From positions 352,001 to 416,000 of the forward strand of contig JBEKSS010000001.1 of assembly GCA_049516875.1 (NCBI GenBank): DNA of 64,000 bases. Direction: 5' to 3'. Source of the stretch: Candidatus Bathyarchaeia archaeon (GTDB lineage Archaea > Thermoproteota > Bathyarchaeia > Bathyarchaeales > Bathycorpusculaceae). Below the pieces are notes generated by a model that ran no database searches, had not been told where the DNA came from, and saw nothing but the letters and a program-made list of their open reading frames with translations. The position numbers and the translations under genes were made by a program. Positions within the stretch are counted from its first letter, which is position 1, and every line of letters starts with the position of its first letter. This document shows, one piece after another, positions 19,553 through 29,767 of this stretch.

Positions 19553-19933
19553 TTAACTGGTCTCTGTGTCTTCCAGACTTGACGCTTCAGCCATTATCTC
19601 GGCGTCTTTGACGCTTGTCTTTCTGTTTGTCGCCTTCAGAACCATTCGTGCTCTCCATCCGCATTCTCCGCATTCAAACTTTGGCGGAAGTATCCCCATG
19701 TTACCCCACAAGTCGCCACTCATGGCTCCTACCCTACGAACCTTGGGACTTTTGCACTCTGGACAGATTTGCACATCAACGTATTTGCCCTCCTTCTCAA
19801 GCTCGTCCAAAACCTCAACTAGCTCATGGAACGTGTAACTCTCAAGCTTCTCTTCTTCGAGAGGGACAGACTGCTTCCTTTTCTTCTTCTGTTTTTGTTT
19901 TTGAAGCTCTTCTTCTTCCACAGAAAACTCCAC
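19553..19933 (-). CDS. Zinc-finger hypothetical protein
   Basis: CPECKS...ECGECGW; same motif layout as the C-terminal finger of 11566-11943. Confidence 0.7.
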   Translation of the reverse strand: MEFSVEEEELQKQKQKKKRKQSVPLEEEKLESYTFHELVEVLDELEKEGKYVDVQICPECKSPKVRRVGAMSGDLWGNMGILPPKFECGECGWRARMVLKATNRKTSVKDAEIMAEASSLEDTETS

Positions 19934-20014
19934 TCAACTGCCACTTAACTAGAGATGGAACGAATGTGATAAACATTCCTTCGGTGCACGACGTTGCGTT
20001 CACACGATTTCAGA

Positions 20015-20051
20015 TGCTGGTTGGACAAAACTTCACCCCAGAACCCAAACC
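20015..20051 (-). repeat. Hairpin repeat copy 3
   Basis: Reverse strand GGTTTGGGTTCTGGGGTGAAGTTTTGTCCAACCAGCA. Confidence 0.65.
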
Positions 20052-20366
20052 GTTACGTAAGTCGGCGAAACTTCTTAACGTCTCCGTTGAGCGCGTTTGT
20101 GGATGCTTGTTACTCCACATTCTCTAAAAAGGTGTTAATAAGGTGGCAAGACAGAGTGAAGTTAAGACTAGCAGTTTGATTGAAAAAGGAAAAACTAGGA
20201 AGAAAAGACGATGAAAAGATCTGCCAAGAAACTAGCGAGAAAGAAACGATTCTTAAAAAGAATGAAGAACAGAAGAATGTGGAAACACGGAAAGAAACCC
20301 CTGAAGGCCTGAAAAATGGGCCCGTCTACTCACTTTGTTTTTTCCATTTAACCCGCGTTTTTGGGC

Positions 20367-20768
20367 TTATTTTTCAATCATCGTTGGATGAACAAGTTGG
20401 CGACAGTGAGGGCAATGCACCAAAGCCTTGGTTCCACTCGACCTCCAATCCTTGTGGCAGAACGGGCATCGATACCACACGACCTTCCCAGGCAGAAAAA
20501 TTCGTTGTACGCTCAAGGCATACAATATGACCCCTGAAATGAGCATAACATCGCCTAAAACGACAAGGTATACAAGTTTGAATTCGAGACTACGAACAGA
20601 ACCCAGGTTTTCCGTCCAAAGAAGCGTTAGAAAAGTTGAAAAAGGCTCTCTGGCCGACGAAACCTGCGGCCAAGTCTTCCAAAGCGTAGCCAAAAGGGCA
20701 GCCATTCCCACTAGACATAAGAGTAGACTGAGGGCATACGCGGACTTCTGCCTACGAAGAACCTTCAT
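20367..20768 (-). CDS. Two-TM membrane protein with C-terminal Zn ribbon
   Basis: Two hydrophobic segments, CPFC...CPHC. Confidence 0.7.
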   Translation of the reverse strand: MKVLRRQKSAYALSLLLCLVGMAALLATLWKTWPQVSSAREPFSTFLTLLWTENLGSVRSLEFKLVYLVVLGDVMLISGVILYALSVQRIFLPGKVVWYRCPFCHKDWRSSGTKALVHCPHCRQLVHPTMIEK

Positions 20769-21130
20769 CTTGAACTCTCTGCTTCAGCTCTGCCACTCTT
20801 GTTTTATTAGATTTATGAAGCCTATGTACAAACAACAAATCTATATTCGACCGACCCGACAGTCTTGAAATACGACCTGATTCATTGCCACTTTGTCAAT
20901 GGACCAGTGAGACAATCATGGGAGAAAAAGTACCCATCAGCTTTGAACTGAACTTCGAATGACACCAAAGAAAAGCGTGGTCACACCACGCACCCGACAG
21001 TTCGCAACTGCCATCCAAAAACTATATTTCCAACATTGCACACCCTCATGCAATACAGTTGTACATAATGGGGCTGTGCTGGCTCCGAGAGATTCTGTGA
21101 AAAGGATGGCTGAGTGAGGTTGTGCTCCGA

Positions 21131-22096
21131 ATGATTCCGGTTGAAATCTCTGACGTCAGAAAATCGTACGGCGATCTGAAGGCCGTTGATGGAGTTTCCT
21201 TCTCGGTTAACGAGGGCGAAGTTTTCGCTCTTGTCGGCCCGAACGGCGCGGGTAAGACAACGCTGATAGAGATAATGGAAGGTTTGCGGAAACGAGACGA
21301 AGGTGCGGTAAAGGTGCTCGGTCTTGATCCGTGGGAAAACAGCTACGTGCTCCACAGGAGAATCGGGGTGATACCCCAGGACTTCACGTTCTTTGACAAA
21401 GCAAACCCGAGGGAGGCGGTGAAATACTACGCAGATCTCTTCGGTGTCACCGTTGACCCAGACGCGATCTTGAAAGAAGTCTTGCTGGACGATTCAGTCC
21501 GTGTCCTCTTCGAGAATCTTTCAGGAGGGCAAAAGCAGAAGATGGGTCTCGCGCTCGCGCTCGTGAATAACGCTGAGCTTCTGTTCCTCGACGAACCAAC
21601 CACGGGACTTGATCCGAACGCGAGAAGAGCTGTCTGGGACGTGATAAGGGGGTTGAAGAGTAAGGGCAGGACGGTGATTTTGACCACTCATTACCTTGAT
21701 GAGGCTGAGCAGCTTTCCGACAGAGTCGCCATCATGAATCACGGACATGTAGTGGCCATGGGAACCACTGAAGACATCATTGAAACTCACGGTTCGGGCG
21801 AAAGGCTGGAAGTCCACGGAACAGAGAAGCTAGCTGCCTACGTCAGGGCCAACACGGATCTGAAGACTGAATACAACGGCAAGGGTTTGATTAGCATAGC
21901 TATCAATCAAAAACACGATGCGTTAGCAGCCTTAACGGCCATCGAGCAGTCAGGGCTCGACTGGCATGATATTCACACACGCCGTGACAGTTTGGACGAC
22001 GTTTTTGTCAAACTTGTGAGCGGAACGATTGATGAGCACGGCGAGATCAGAGTTGAAAATGTAAGTGATAATTCACGTAATCAGCGGAGGCGCTAG
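21131..22096 (+). CDS. ABC transporter ATP-binding protein
   Basis: GPNGAGKTT, LSGGQKQK, DEPTTGLD. Confidence 0.93.
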   Translation: MIPVEISDVRKSYGDLKAVDGVSFSVNEGEVFALVGPNGAGKTTLIEIMEGLRKRDEGAVKVLGLDPWENSYVLHRRIGVIPQDFTFFDKANPREAVKYYADLFGVTVDPDAILKEVLLDDSVRVLFENLSGGQKQKMGLALALVNNAELLFLDEPTTGLDPNARRAVWDVIRGLKSKGRTVILTTHYLDEAEQLSDRVAIMNHGHVVAMGTTEDIIETHGSGERLEVHGTEKLAAYVRANTDLKTEYNGKGLISIAINQKHDALAALTAIEQSGLDWHDIHTRRDSLDDVFVKLVSGTIDEHGEIRVENVSDNSRNQRRR

Positions 22097-22101
22097 GACG
22101 A

Positions 22102-23196
22102 ATGCCAAGTGCAAGAAGAATCGTGTCTGACCTTCGCGTATTCGGTCGCGGATACCTAAGAAATGCGGCAGGACTGTTCTTCGGCCTAATTTTCCCAGTC
22201 ATCCTCATACTCATCTTCGGCGCCATTTTCCAAAGCGGCTTTTCCGGCACGATAACACTCTACGTTCAAAACCACGACACTGGCCCTGTCTCCAACTCTT
22301 TCCTAGGCAACCTTACCCAAACAGGCACGGTTAGCCTGGTAAATGTGAGTAATTCTGAAAACTTTTCTCAATACCTCTCAGCTCATTCTGCCTCCGACGG
22401 AATAATCATCCCCGCAGATTTCTCGGCGAACTACATCAACGGCACGCCCTTCAACGTGACACTCTACGGCAACCCCACCCAGAGCTCCAGCCAAGTCGTG
22501 AGCGGAACGGTCAATGGAGTAATAAACGGGTTTAACCTTGGACGTTACGGCGGTTCACCAATCATCGGCGTAACGCAGACTACAGCCAACTCTCAAGTGA
22601 CCAAGTACATCGATTTCCTAGTTCCAGGCCTCATCGGTTTCGCGATACTCATCAGCCCCATGTTTTCCCTCGTAAACATATCCTCCGAGTACAAGAGAAT
22701 AAAACTCTTCAAACAGCTGTCGTTGACTCCGCTTACCAAGATGGAGTGGCTAGCCTCCAAGGTACTTTTCTACATCCTCCTCTCATCGGCGTCATTCTTG
22801 TTGATGACTGCCGTGGGCGTCATCGCTTTTGGCGCACACATCGCGCTCTCACCGTGGCTGGTACCGTTCCTAGTGCTGGGCCCGATGTTCTTCGCTTCGC
22901 TGGGCATGCTGGTGGGAACCATCTCAAAGAGCACCGAAACAGCCAGCGTCGTCGGAAACGTCATAACCTTCCCCATGATGTTCCTCTCCGGCACCTTCTT
23001 CCCAATCAGTCTCATGCCCACGTACCTGCAGGCTTTCGCACACGTCCTGCCACTGTTCTACATCGTCGACGGACTCAACGGCGTCATGATATACAACAAC
23101 TATGCACAGGTCACACTGGACCTCGTCGTGGTCGCGGTAATCACTGTTGTTGCCTTTGTAGCAGCAGCCAGACTATTCAAGTGGAGAGAAGACTAG
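22102..23196 (+). CDS. ABC-2 permease
   Basis: YIDFLVPG, FPMMFLSGTFFP. Confidence 0.9.
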   Translation: MPSARRIVSDLRVFGRGYLRNAAGLFFGLIFPVILILIFGAIFQSGFSGTITLYVQNHDTGPVSNSFLGNLTQTGTVSLVNVSNSENFSQYLSAHSASDGIIIPADFSANYINGTPFNVTLYGNPTQSSSQVVSGTVNGVINGFNLGRYGGSPIIGVTQTTANSQVTKYIDFLVPGLIGFAILISPMFSLVNISSEYKRIKLFKQLSLTPLTKMEWLASKVLFYILLSSASFLLMTAVGVIAFGAHIALSPWLVPFLVLGPMFFASLGMLVGTISKSTETASVVGNVITFPMMFLSGTFFPISLMPTYLQAFAHVLPLFYIVDGLNGVMIYNNYAQVTLDLVVVAVITVVAFVAAARLFKWRED

Positions 23197-23263
23197 CCTC
23201 AGAAACAAGCACCCACTAGTCGTCGGATCAAGTTGAGCAGAGACAAAACAAGATAAGATTTTC

Positions 23264-23998
23264 TCAGCCAAGGCCTTTGTTTCCAAACAGACCTTGGTGG
23301 GTGAACGCCTCCGAATCACGGCGCACTCTCAGGCTTTTAACCGGTGCAGAGACGGGGTATCCCAGACGGAAGACAAAGGCAGTCTTCATGTATTCAGGGA
23401 CATTGAGAATTCGCTTCACCTCTTTCTCCACGGGGTTCGCGCTGAAGACACTCAACACCTGAACGCTAATCCCCAAAGACTGGGCCATGAGCCACATGTT
23501 CTCCATAACACAACCCAGGCTCATAATTCCCAAAACATCCCCCTCTGAAGCAGGAGCCCTCTTCCTAGCATCATAAACCACGATCAGCAGCACCGGACTA
23601 CCTCTAATCCTCTGGTTCAGGGGCGAAGGCCTGCTCTCACGAACGGCTTTGTCCAGCCTAGTAGGGTCCCTCCAATCGGACGGAAACACGGTGCCGAGGA
23701 TTCCAACCTTCTTTTGAAGTAACTCCTCTTCCGAGAACGAGAGCTGCTGATAGTTCTCTCGGATGAACGCTTCCGAAACACGAGATTTTATGTTTCCTAT
23801 CCTTTCCAGAAGCTCTTTATCATCAACGACGAGGATCTCGAAGTTCTGCATGTTGTGAGGTGTTGGCGCCCAACGCGCCGCCTCGATGATCTGCCTCAGG
23901 TTCTCCTTAGCCACTGGGTGATTCCGGTCGAAAGGAACTCTTGTGGACTGTCTTTGCTGGATGATTTTCAGGAGATCAGTCATGACGATCATGTCCAT
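23264..23998 (-). CDS. Nitroreductase family protein
   Basis: RQSTR, AARWAPTPHNMQ, ENMWLMAQSLG, LGYP. Confidence 0.88.
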   Translation of the reverse strand: MDMIVMTDLLKIIQQRQSTRVPFDRNHPVAKENLRQIIEAARWAPTPHNMQNFEILVVDDKELLERIGNIKSRVSEAFIRENYQQLSFSEEELLQKKVGILGTVFPSDWRDPTRLDKAVRESRPSPLNQRIRGSPVLLIVVYDARKRAPASEGDVLGIMSLGCVMENMWLMAQSLGISVQVLSVFSANPVEKEVKRILNVPEYMKTAFVFRLGYPVSAPVKSLRVRRDSEAFTHQGLFGNKGLG

Positions 23999-24010
23999 CC
24001 AGCACGCGTG

Positions 24011-24757
24011 TTAGGAGTTTGCGTCGGCTCTTCTCTTCATCCAGTCGTGTGCAAGAATTTCTGCTTCTCCGCTTTCTATTCCTTCCAGTATCTTCTGCGC
24101 CACATATTCTGCGGTATCAGCTGGAAACGGGCCGGTGCCTTCTTGTTCCCTTTCATCAGGAATGGAGTCTTTAATGGTGTTTTTCTCGAAATTTGTGAGC
24201 GTCATGTACGGGTACACGACGCTGACGATGATGTTGTCTTTCTTTAATTCTTCCCTTGCAGTCAAGCTAATGCTGGCAAGCGCTCGTTTTAACGATGAAT
24301 ATGCGCCGTTTTCCGGCAAATACATCAGCGCAGTGCCAGAACTGATGTTGATAATCGTTCCTCCACCCTGTTTCCTCATGATGGGGATGACTTGCTGCAT
24401 GGCAACAAGAGGGCCGACCACGTCTAAGTCAAAAATACGACGAAAAGTGTCAACGTTAGTCTTCTCTACCGGAGCATCATATCCCTGACCCGCACAATTG
24501 ATTAGAACGTCAATCCTCCCCAAGTGCTCCACCGTTTCCGTAATCATCCTTTCGATTTCAAAAACCTTTGTCATATCAGCGGGAACTGCCAACGAGTTCG
24601 GAAGCTCAGCTGACAGTTGCTCCAACCTCTCCTTTGAGCGGGAGACAAGAGCCAGTTTCGCGCCTTGCTTAGCAAGAAGTCTCGCGGTCGCAAGACCGAT
24701 ACCTGAAGAAGCGCCAGTGACAATAACAACCTTATCTCGAACGTTCACAAAAACCAC
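24011..24757 (-). CDS. SDR oxidoreductase
   Basis: TGASSGIG, NCAG, YSSLK. Confidence 0.92.
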   Translation of the reverse strand: MVFVNVRDKVVIVTGASSGIGLATARLLAKQGAKLALVSRSKERLEQLSAELPNSLAVPADMTKVFEIERMITETVEHLGRIDVLINCAGQGYDAPVEKTNVDTFRRIFDLDVVGPLVAMQQVIPIMRKQGGGTIINISSGTALMYLPENGAYSSLKRALASISLTAREELKKDNIIVSVVYPYMTLTNFEKNTIKDSIPDEREQEGTGPFPADTAEYVAQKILEGIESGEAEILAHDWMKRRADANS

Positions 24758-25026
24758 TCCTTACTCTTCGGCCCGTACCGGTCTCCTTGACTTCACAGCT
24801 TCAACAACAAAACCCGTGGACACAATTCCACCGCATTAGACACGCCGCCAAGAACTATAAAAGAATTCCTTCTTCAAACCCAAAAACGTGCAGCGCACAC
24901 CCCAACCCCAAAGGTCCATGAACCCGTCACAAACCAAAGCAAAAGCCAAACTCCAAGAATCCAGCACGCCCCAAACTCACGACCCACCTCCAACAAACAC
25001 GAGCAGACGTCATCACCCTTTTGACA

Positions 25027-25064
25027 CTCAAAGAAATCACGGATTGAGCACTCAAACACAAGGA
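25027..25064 (-). repeat. 38-bp repeat, exact inverted copy of 28519-28556
   Basis: CTCAAAGAAATCACGGATTGAGCACTCAAACACAAGGA. Confidence 0.9.
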
Positions 25065-25075
25065 TTGCGCCGTGT

Positions 25076-25978
25076 TCATGTTTTCTTGGGTTCGGGTGCT
25101 TTCAGCTTGAGGATGTCTGCGATGTTGGCTTTGGCGTCTATCTTGGGGGTGATTTTTCCTGTGCGGGACGTGAAGAGTGTGGTTACTCCGGGTCCGTGGC
25201 CTGCTGACACGCAGTTTGTGTGGACGACGATGCCGACGGAGACGGCGCCCTGTCTGTAGATTCGCCCGAACGAGTGGTCCGCGTCCGTGATGGCCACTAG
25301 GTCGCCTAGCCTTAGGCTGTCGAGCTTGTACTGTTTTATGGCTTTTTCGTCGAAGAGCTGGATGTCGTAGTCTCCGGAGTACGTGTTGTCTGAGCCGAGT
25401 CCTGAACCCATGATGGCGGCTGGAACCACATGCGTCACCGGTACCTCCAGCTTGTCCGCTTTCCCTTTGGGGTTGAGGGCTTCGAGGAACCGCGGATCCA
25501 TGTTCATGACGGTTACGTCTCGGAAGTCCAGGAGCTTCAGGCCGACGCCGTAGGCTTTTACGAGGAACTTATCGCCGAGCATCAGCTTCTCCATGACTTT
25601 GGGCTGAACGTCCACGAGGACGTGTTCTATGCCACCGTGCTTGCCCGTGACGACGCCCTTGGCGCCCTTCGCCTCGCCCGTGACCACGATGGCCTCGTTT
25701 CCAACGCATGAAAGCACGTTGAACGCGACGTTCGCGCCCTGCCCGAACCGGACATCGTTCTCCTTGTTCTCGACACTCACGCCGGGCTCTACGTGGTCAG
25801 CCTCCCACCCGCAGGCCGGATCGCCAACTCTTACGTTGTAGGTGATGCCGCCGACGCCGGGCAAGACCAGGGGGTGGCCCTGAGCGGAAATCCTGTAAAC
25901 ACCCCTGCCGAAAACTGGGCTGACTGCCTCACCGAAAACGGAAAGTTTGACCAGCCTGTCAACGTTGGTCCTCAGCAT
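25076..25978 (-). CDS. DUF4438-like conserved protein
   Basis: MLRTN..RLV...GGITYNVRVGD...DHVEPGVS...GKHGGIEHV...AGHGPG; GGAGG upstream. Confidence 0.8.
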   Translation of the reverse strand: MLRTNVDRLVKLSVFGEAVSPVFGRGVYRISAQGHPLVLPGVGGITYNVRVGDPACGWEADHVEPGVSVENKENDVRFGQGANVAFNVLSCVGNEAIVVTGEAKGAKGVVTGKHGGIEHVLVDVQPKVMEKLMLGDKFLVKAYGVGLKLLDFRDVTVMNMDPRFLEALNPKGKADKLEVPVTHVVPAAIMGSGLGSDNTYSGDYDIQLFDEKAIKQYKLDSLRLGDLVAITDADHSFGRIYRQGAVSVGIVVHTNCVSAGHGPGVTTLFTSRTGKITPKIDAKANIADILKLKAPEPKKT

Positions 25979-26169
25979 CAACACATTCCTCCCGTCAGAG
26001 TGACTGCATCCATAAGTGGAGGCATATAAGATTTGGCGCGCATCGCGAGGAGGAAAGGCTCTTTTGTGCTCTTTATCTGGTGTTAGCAAGTCTTAAATTA
26101 GACCTTATCTTTTCTGTTGAGTGAACTCAAATCTCTTCGAAGCATGAGTTGACTGCGTGGCTGAACAAC

Positions 26170-26757
26170 ATGTCTGAAATCGGGTTAAGACCTAAGATGC
26201 TGGTCAAAGACGTCATGAGCAGCCCAGCGATAACTATAGAAGAAAACGCGTCTGCAAACCGTGTCGCAAAGCTTATGGAAAAACACGATTTGGGCTGCGT
26301 AATAGTGACCTCCAACGATGGAAAACCAATCGGAATAATAACCGAGAGAGATCTCGTCCTGAGAGTGCTGGCCAAGAACGCCAAGCCAGACACGCTCGAG
26401 GCCAAGGAAGTCATGACGTCGCCTCTTATCACCATAGAGCCTGACGCGACGATAACCGAGACGGCTAGAAGAATGAGCAGGCTGAACATTAGAAGGTTGG
26501 GAGTCGTGTACAGGGGGCAGCTCGTCGGCATAATCTCGAGCAAGGACGTGCTCGGCGTCATGCCTGAACTGCTTGAAACGATCCAGGAGAAAGCCCTCAT
26601 AGAGAGCGAGAACATGGCTGAGCAGGAGCACGAGGAATCCGCTCCGCTTGCGGGTAACTGCGACCACTGCGGAGTCTGGTCCGACAGCCTGACAGAGGTC
26701 AACGGCGAGTTCCTCTGTGAAGACTGCAAGGTTGAGCTTGAAGAGAGCGAGGAGTGA
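26170..26757 (+). CDS. CBS-pair protein with C-terminal Zn ribbon
   Basis: GIITERD; GNCDHC...LCEDC. Confidence 0.88.
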   Translation: MSEIGLRPKMLVKDVMSSPAITIEENASANRVAKLMEKHDLGCVIVTSNDGKPIGIITERDLVLRVLAKNAKPDTLEAKEVMTSPLITIEPDATITETARRMSRLNIRRLGVVYRGQLVGIISSKDVLGVMPELLETIQEKALIESENMAEQEHEESAPLAGNCDHCGVWSDSLTEVNGEFLCEDCKVELEESEE

Positions 26758-27548
26758 GAGGAGATCTTTTGCGTGTCAGAGAAATCATGGATGGAAAGCA
26801 TCCGGCCATCTACATGGATGAGCTCGCCACAAAAGCCCGTGCGATGATACGCGACTTCAACCTTAGAATTCTGCCCGTGACGGATGGGGACAAGAGGCTG
26901 CTTGGAAAAGTTTCCAGGCGCGACGTGATGATCATATCCTCGTCCAAGTCTTCGATTCTTGTCAAGGGATTGATGACCGCTGCAAAGCACGTGGCAATGG
27001 TCGATGATGACGTGATGGCAACGGTTAAGACCATGCTCAGAGTGGACGTGTGGTGTGCGCCGGTTGTCACCTCATCTCAGGACGGAACTTACCGGGGAGT
27101 GTTGGGGCTGGAGAGCTTCATAGAGAAGCAGATCGAGACGAGTCCTGAAAAGTTCGCGACAGAGGTCGGGGAGATAATGACCAGGGACGTTGTGACGTGT
27201 TCGCCGGAAGACGGGGTTGAGCGCATCTGGCGCCTGATGCAGGAGAGGCGTTTCGCCGGTCTGCCGGTGGTGAAGAACGGCAAGCTGGTGGGCATCGTGA
27301 CGCACAAGGATCTGCTGCAAAGCGGCGCTGTTCTGCCGACGTTTGAGTCTAAGAAGGGACGTTTTTCGCCGAGAATCTCGTCGGTGATGAAGGCGAACCT
27401 CGTGGCCGTGGAACCTTCGGTGAAGGCGATTAGGGTGGCCAAGGTTATGGTTTCCAAGGACATTGGAAGAGTTCCGGTTAAAGATGAGGGCGGCAGGCTT
27501 GTGGGTATTGTTGACCGCGAGGACATTGTTCGCCTGACGGTGAAATAG
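26754..27548 (+). CDS. Four-CBS domain protein
   Basis: Repeated LPVV/LVGIV CBS motifs. Confidence 0.88.
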   Translation: MRGDLLRVREIMDGKHPAIYMDELATKARAMIRDFNLRILPVTDGDKRLLGKVSRRDVMIISSSKSSILVKGLMTAAKHVAMVDDDVMATVKTMLRVDVWCAPVVTSSQDGTYRGVLGLESFIEKQIETSPEKFATEVGEIMTRDVVTCSPEDGVERIWRLMQERRFAGLPVVKNGKLVGIVTHKDLLQSGAVLPTFESKKGRFSPRISSVMKANLVAVEPSVKAIRVAKVMVSKDIGRVPVKDEGGRLVGIVDREDIVRLTVK

Positions 27549-27559
27549 GGGGAGAACGT

Positions 27560-28468
27560 TTGAGCAGGGAGGGTTTCAGGAGGAGGATAAGGGGGAGGGG
27601 TCCCATGGACTTGAAGGTTCATCGGGCGAAGAAGCGTGACGGCGAAATCTTGACCGTGGCGAAGAGTCCGGTTGTGATGGTGGCGCCGACCACGCCGGTT
27701 TACGATGCGATTCAGTTGATGGCGAAGAAGGGTTTTCGTCGGTTGCCGATAGCCAACGCGGGAACCAGGCATTTGGAGGGGATAGTGACGGCCATGGACA
27801 TCGTTGACTATTTGGGCGGGGGCAGTAAGTTTGAGATGGTTCGGCGGAGGTTTGGTGGGAACTTTTTCAAGGCGATTAACGAGCCGGTAAGGCTGGTGAT
27901 GACACAGGACGTGGTGTCGGTGAGGACGTCTGCGAAGATAAGCGAGGCGATTGGGAGGATGAAGGAGTCGAACTTGGGCGGGTTGCCGGTGGTGGATGAT
28001 GAGGGCAGCGTGAAGGCGATAATCACTGAACGGGACATTGCGAACCTTTTCGCTGACAGGACGAGCGGCGTGAAAGTCGCAGAGCTGATGTCGGAAAAAG
28101 TTATCACGGCGTTGCCGAAGACGACGATTTTCGAGGCGGAGAGGACGATGGCGACGCAGGGCTTCAGGAGGCTGCCGATAGTGTCGGACGGCAGTGTGGT
28201 GGGTATAATAACGGCGATGGACATCGTGCGGTTCTTCGGCTGCGGAGAAGCGTTTGCCTATCTGCGTTCTGGGACCATAATACAGGTTCTGAACAACCCT
28301 GCGCTTGAGATAGCATCGAAGACGGTTGTAACGGTGGAGCCGGACTTGGATGTGGGACAGGCGGCGAAGGTTATGCGGGAGAAGAACATTGGCGCCATGC
28401 CCGTTGTGCAGAACGGAAAACTCGTTGGCATAATTACGGAAAGAGACTTTTTCAAGATAATCGAGTGA
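27560..28468 (+). CDS. Four-CBS domain protein
   Basis: GFRRLPI twice, LVGIITERD. Confidence 0.88.
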   Translation: MSREGFRRRIRGRGPMDLKVHRAKKRDGEILTVAKSPVVMVAPTTPVYDAIQLMAKKGFRRLPIANAGTRHLEGIVTAMDIVDYLGGGSKFEMVRRRFGGNFFKAINEPVRLVMTQDVVSVRTSAKISEAIGRMKESNLGGLPVVDDEGSVKAIITERDIANLFADRTSGVKVAELMSEKVITALPKTTIFEAERTMATQGFRRLPIVSDGSVVGIITAMDIVRFFGCGEAFAYLRSGTIIQVLNNPALEIASKTVVTVEPDLDVGQAAKVMREKNIGAMPVVQNGKLVGIITERDFFKIIE

Positions 28469-28500
28469 ACCGTTTCCAATAGCCTGTGAGGCTTCAGATG

Positions 28501-28712
28501 CTCATGTTGGGTTTCGAGTCCTTGTGTTTGAGTGCTCAATCCGTGATTTCTTTGAGCCTCAAAACATTGTTCTAGCATGTTGGTTTGAAGCTTTTTTACT
28601 CAATTCCGCGAGGTTTTTGAGTGTCAAAAGTTTCGGCATGCTGAGTTTCTCATGTTAGAGTTGGCATTCTTGTGTTTGAGTACTCAATTCGTGATTTTTT
28701 TGAGGCTCAAAC
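28501..28712 (+). repeat. Three degenerate tandem copies of the CTCAA-N12/13-TTGAG repeat
   Basis: Copies at 28519-28556 and 28667-28704 (34/38 identical), degenerate copy near 28599-28625. Confidence 0.8.
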
Positions 28713-28785
28713 AGGGTTGACGTGAAAATAGATATATAAAGCTGCATGTTCATTGTTGTTGTAGGATGGTTTAGGAGTAAGAAGG

Positions 28786-29082
28786 TTGCCGTTTAAGCGT
28801 AAGAGTCGTGGTAGGTCTAAGGGTGGTAAGGGCAGCAGCGGTTCTGTTCAGTGTGCCAGTTGCGGAGCGATGGTGCCGCGGGACAAGGCGAAGAAGGTTA
28901 CGAAGAGGCTTTCTTTCGTTGATTATGCCTTGGCTAAGGAGTTGCGGCAGAAGGGCACGTACATTGCCGTGCCGTCTGACACGAAGTACTACTGCGTCTC
29001 ATGTGCGGTGCACCGCGGAGTCGTGAAGGTTAGGGCTGAGAACGAGCGTCGCATTCGCACGAGGCCCGGAAGAAGATTTTAG
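28786..29082 (+). CDS. rps26e: Ribosomal protein S26e
   Basis: VQCASCG..VPRDKAKK...YYCVSCAVH.GVVKVR. Confidence 0.95.
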   Translation: MPFKRKSRGRSKGGKGSSGSVQCASCGAMVPRDKAKKVTKRLSFVDYALAKELRQKGTYIAVPSDTKYYCVSCAVHRGVVKVRAENERRIRTRPGRRF

Positions 29083-29693
29083 CTTTCAGTTTCCTTTTTC
29101 TTTGTTTTGCCGTAAACGTGGAGGCTTCTCTGCAGGACGGTCAGGTTTGAGAACACCGCGAGCAGAATTATGCCCGCGTTCATCACCGTCGTCGGCTGCC
29201 AAAACAGGGCCGTCAAGCTTGCCGCGAGCAGTATGATGATGCGTTCGGCTCTTTCTGCCAAGCCGACGGATTCCATCTTGATTCCGGCCGCTTCGGCCCT
29301 TGCACGACTGTAGCTGACGAGCAGGGAACCAACAATTGCGATCATGCCCCACAGAGGGTAGCACAGGCCGCCCAGGATTATGCCGATGTAGACGGCAGCG
29401 TCAGCGTATCTGTCTAGCACGGAGTCTAGAAAGCCGCCGAAAACCGTTGCCTGCCCGTAGAGCCTCGCGACTATTCCGTCCAGCGCATCGCAGAAGCCTG
29501 ATAGGAGAAGCAGAACGGTGGCGAGCAGGAGATAGAGCAGCTGGTTCTGCCATTCTGCATAGGTGAGGGCTGAGAGGAAAGCCAGTGCGGTACCGATGCC
29601 GGTGATGATGTTAGGAGTCAAACCTATCCGGTGGGCTGCTCTTGCCTCGGCCGCAAGCATCTGCTGGACTTTCTGCTTCAGTTTCGTGAGCAT
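29079..29693 (-). CDS. CDP-alcohol phosphatidyltransferase (archaetidylinositol phosphate synthase-like)
   Basis: DALDGIVAR...GGFLDSVLDRYAD. Confidence 0.9.
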   Translation of the reverse strand: MLTKLKQKVQQMLAAEARAAHRIGLTPNIITGIGTALAFLSALTYAEWQNQLLYLLLATVLLLLSGFCDALDGIVARLYGQATVFGGFLDSVLDRYADAAVYIGIILGGLCYPLWGMIAIVGSLLVSYSRARAEAAGIKMESVGLAERAERIIILLAASLTALFWQPTTVMNAGIILLAVFSNLTVLQRSLHVYGKTKKKETES

Positions 29694-29767
29694 TCGCGGC
29701 TGTTTCTCCAGCACGCATTTATTTAAGCTGCAGTTATGTAAAGGAGTTAGGTTTAAAGGTGTTTGGA

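Noticed and set aside
20170-20310. A-rich ORF 20180-20530 and weak ACTAG...ACGAT repeats
   Set aside because: Low-complexity purine tract overlapping a better opposite-strand gene; repeats too degenerate
28501-28712. Mini CRISPR array
   Set aside because: Irregular spacing, degenerate units and no typical CRISPR repeat ends; kept as an unexplained repeat
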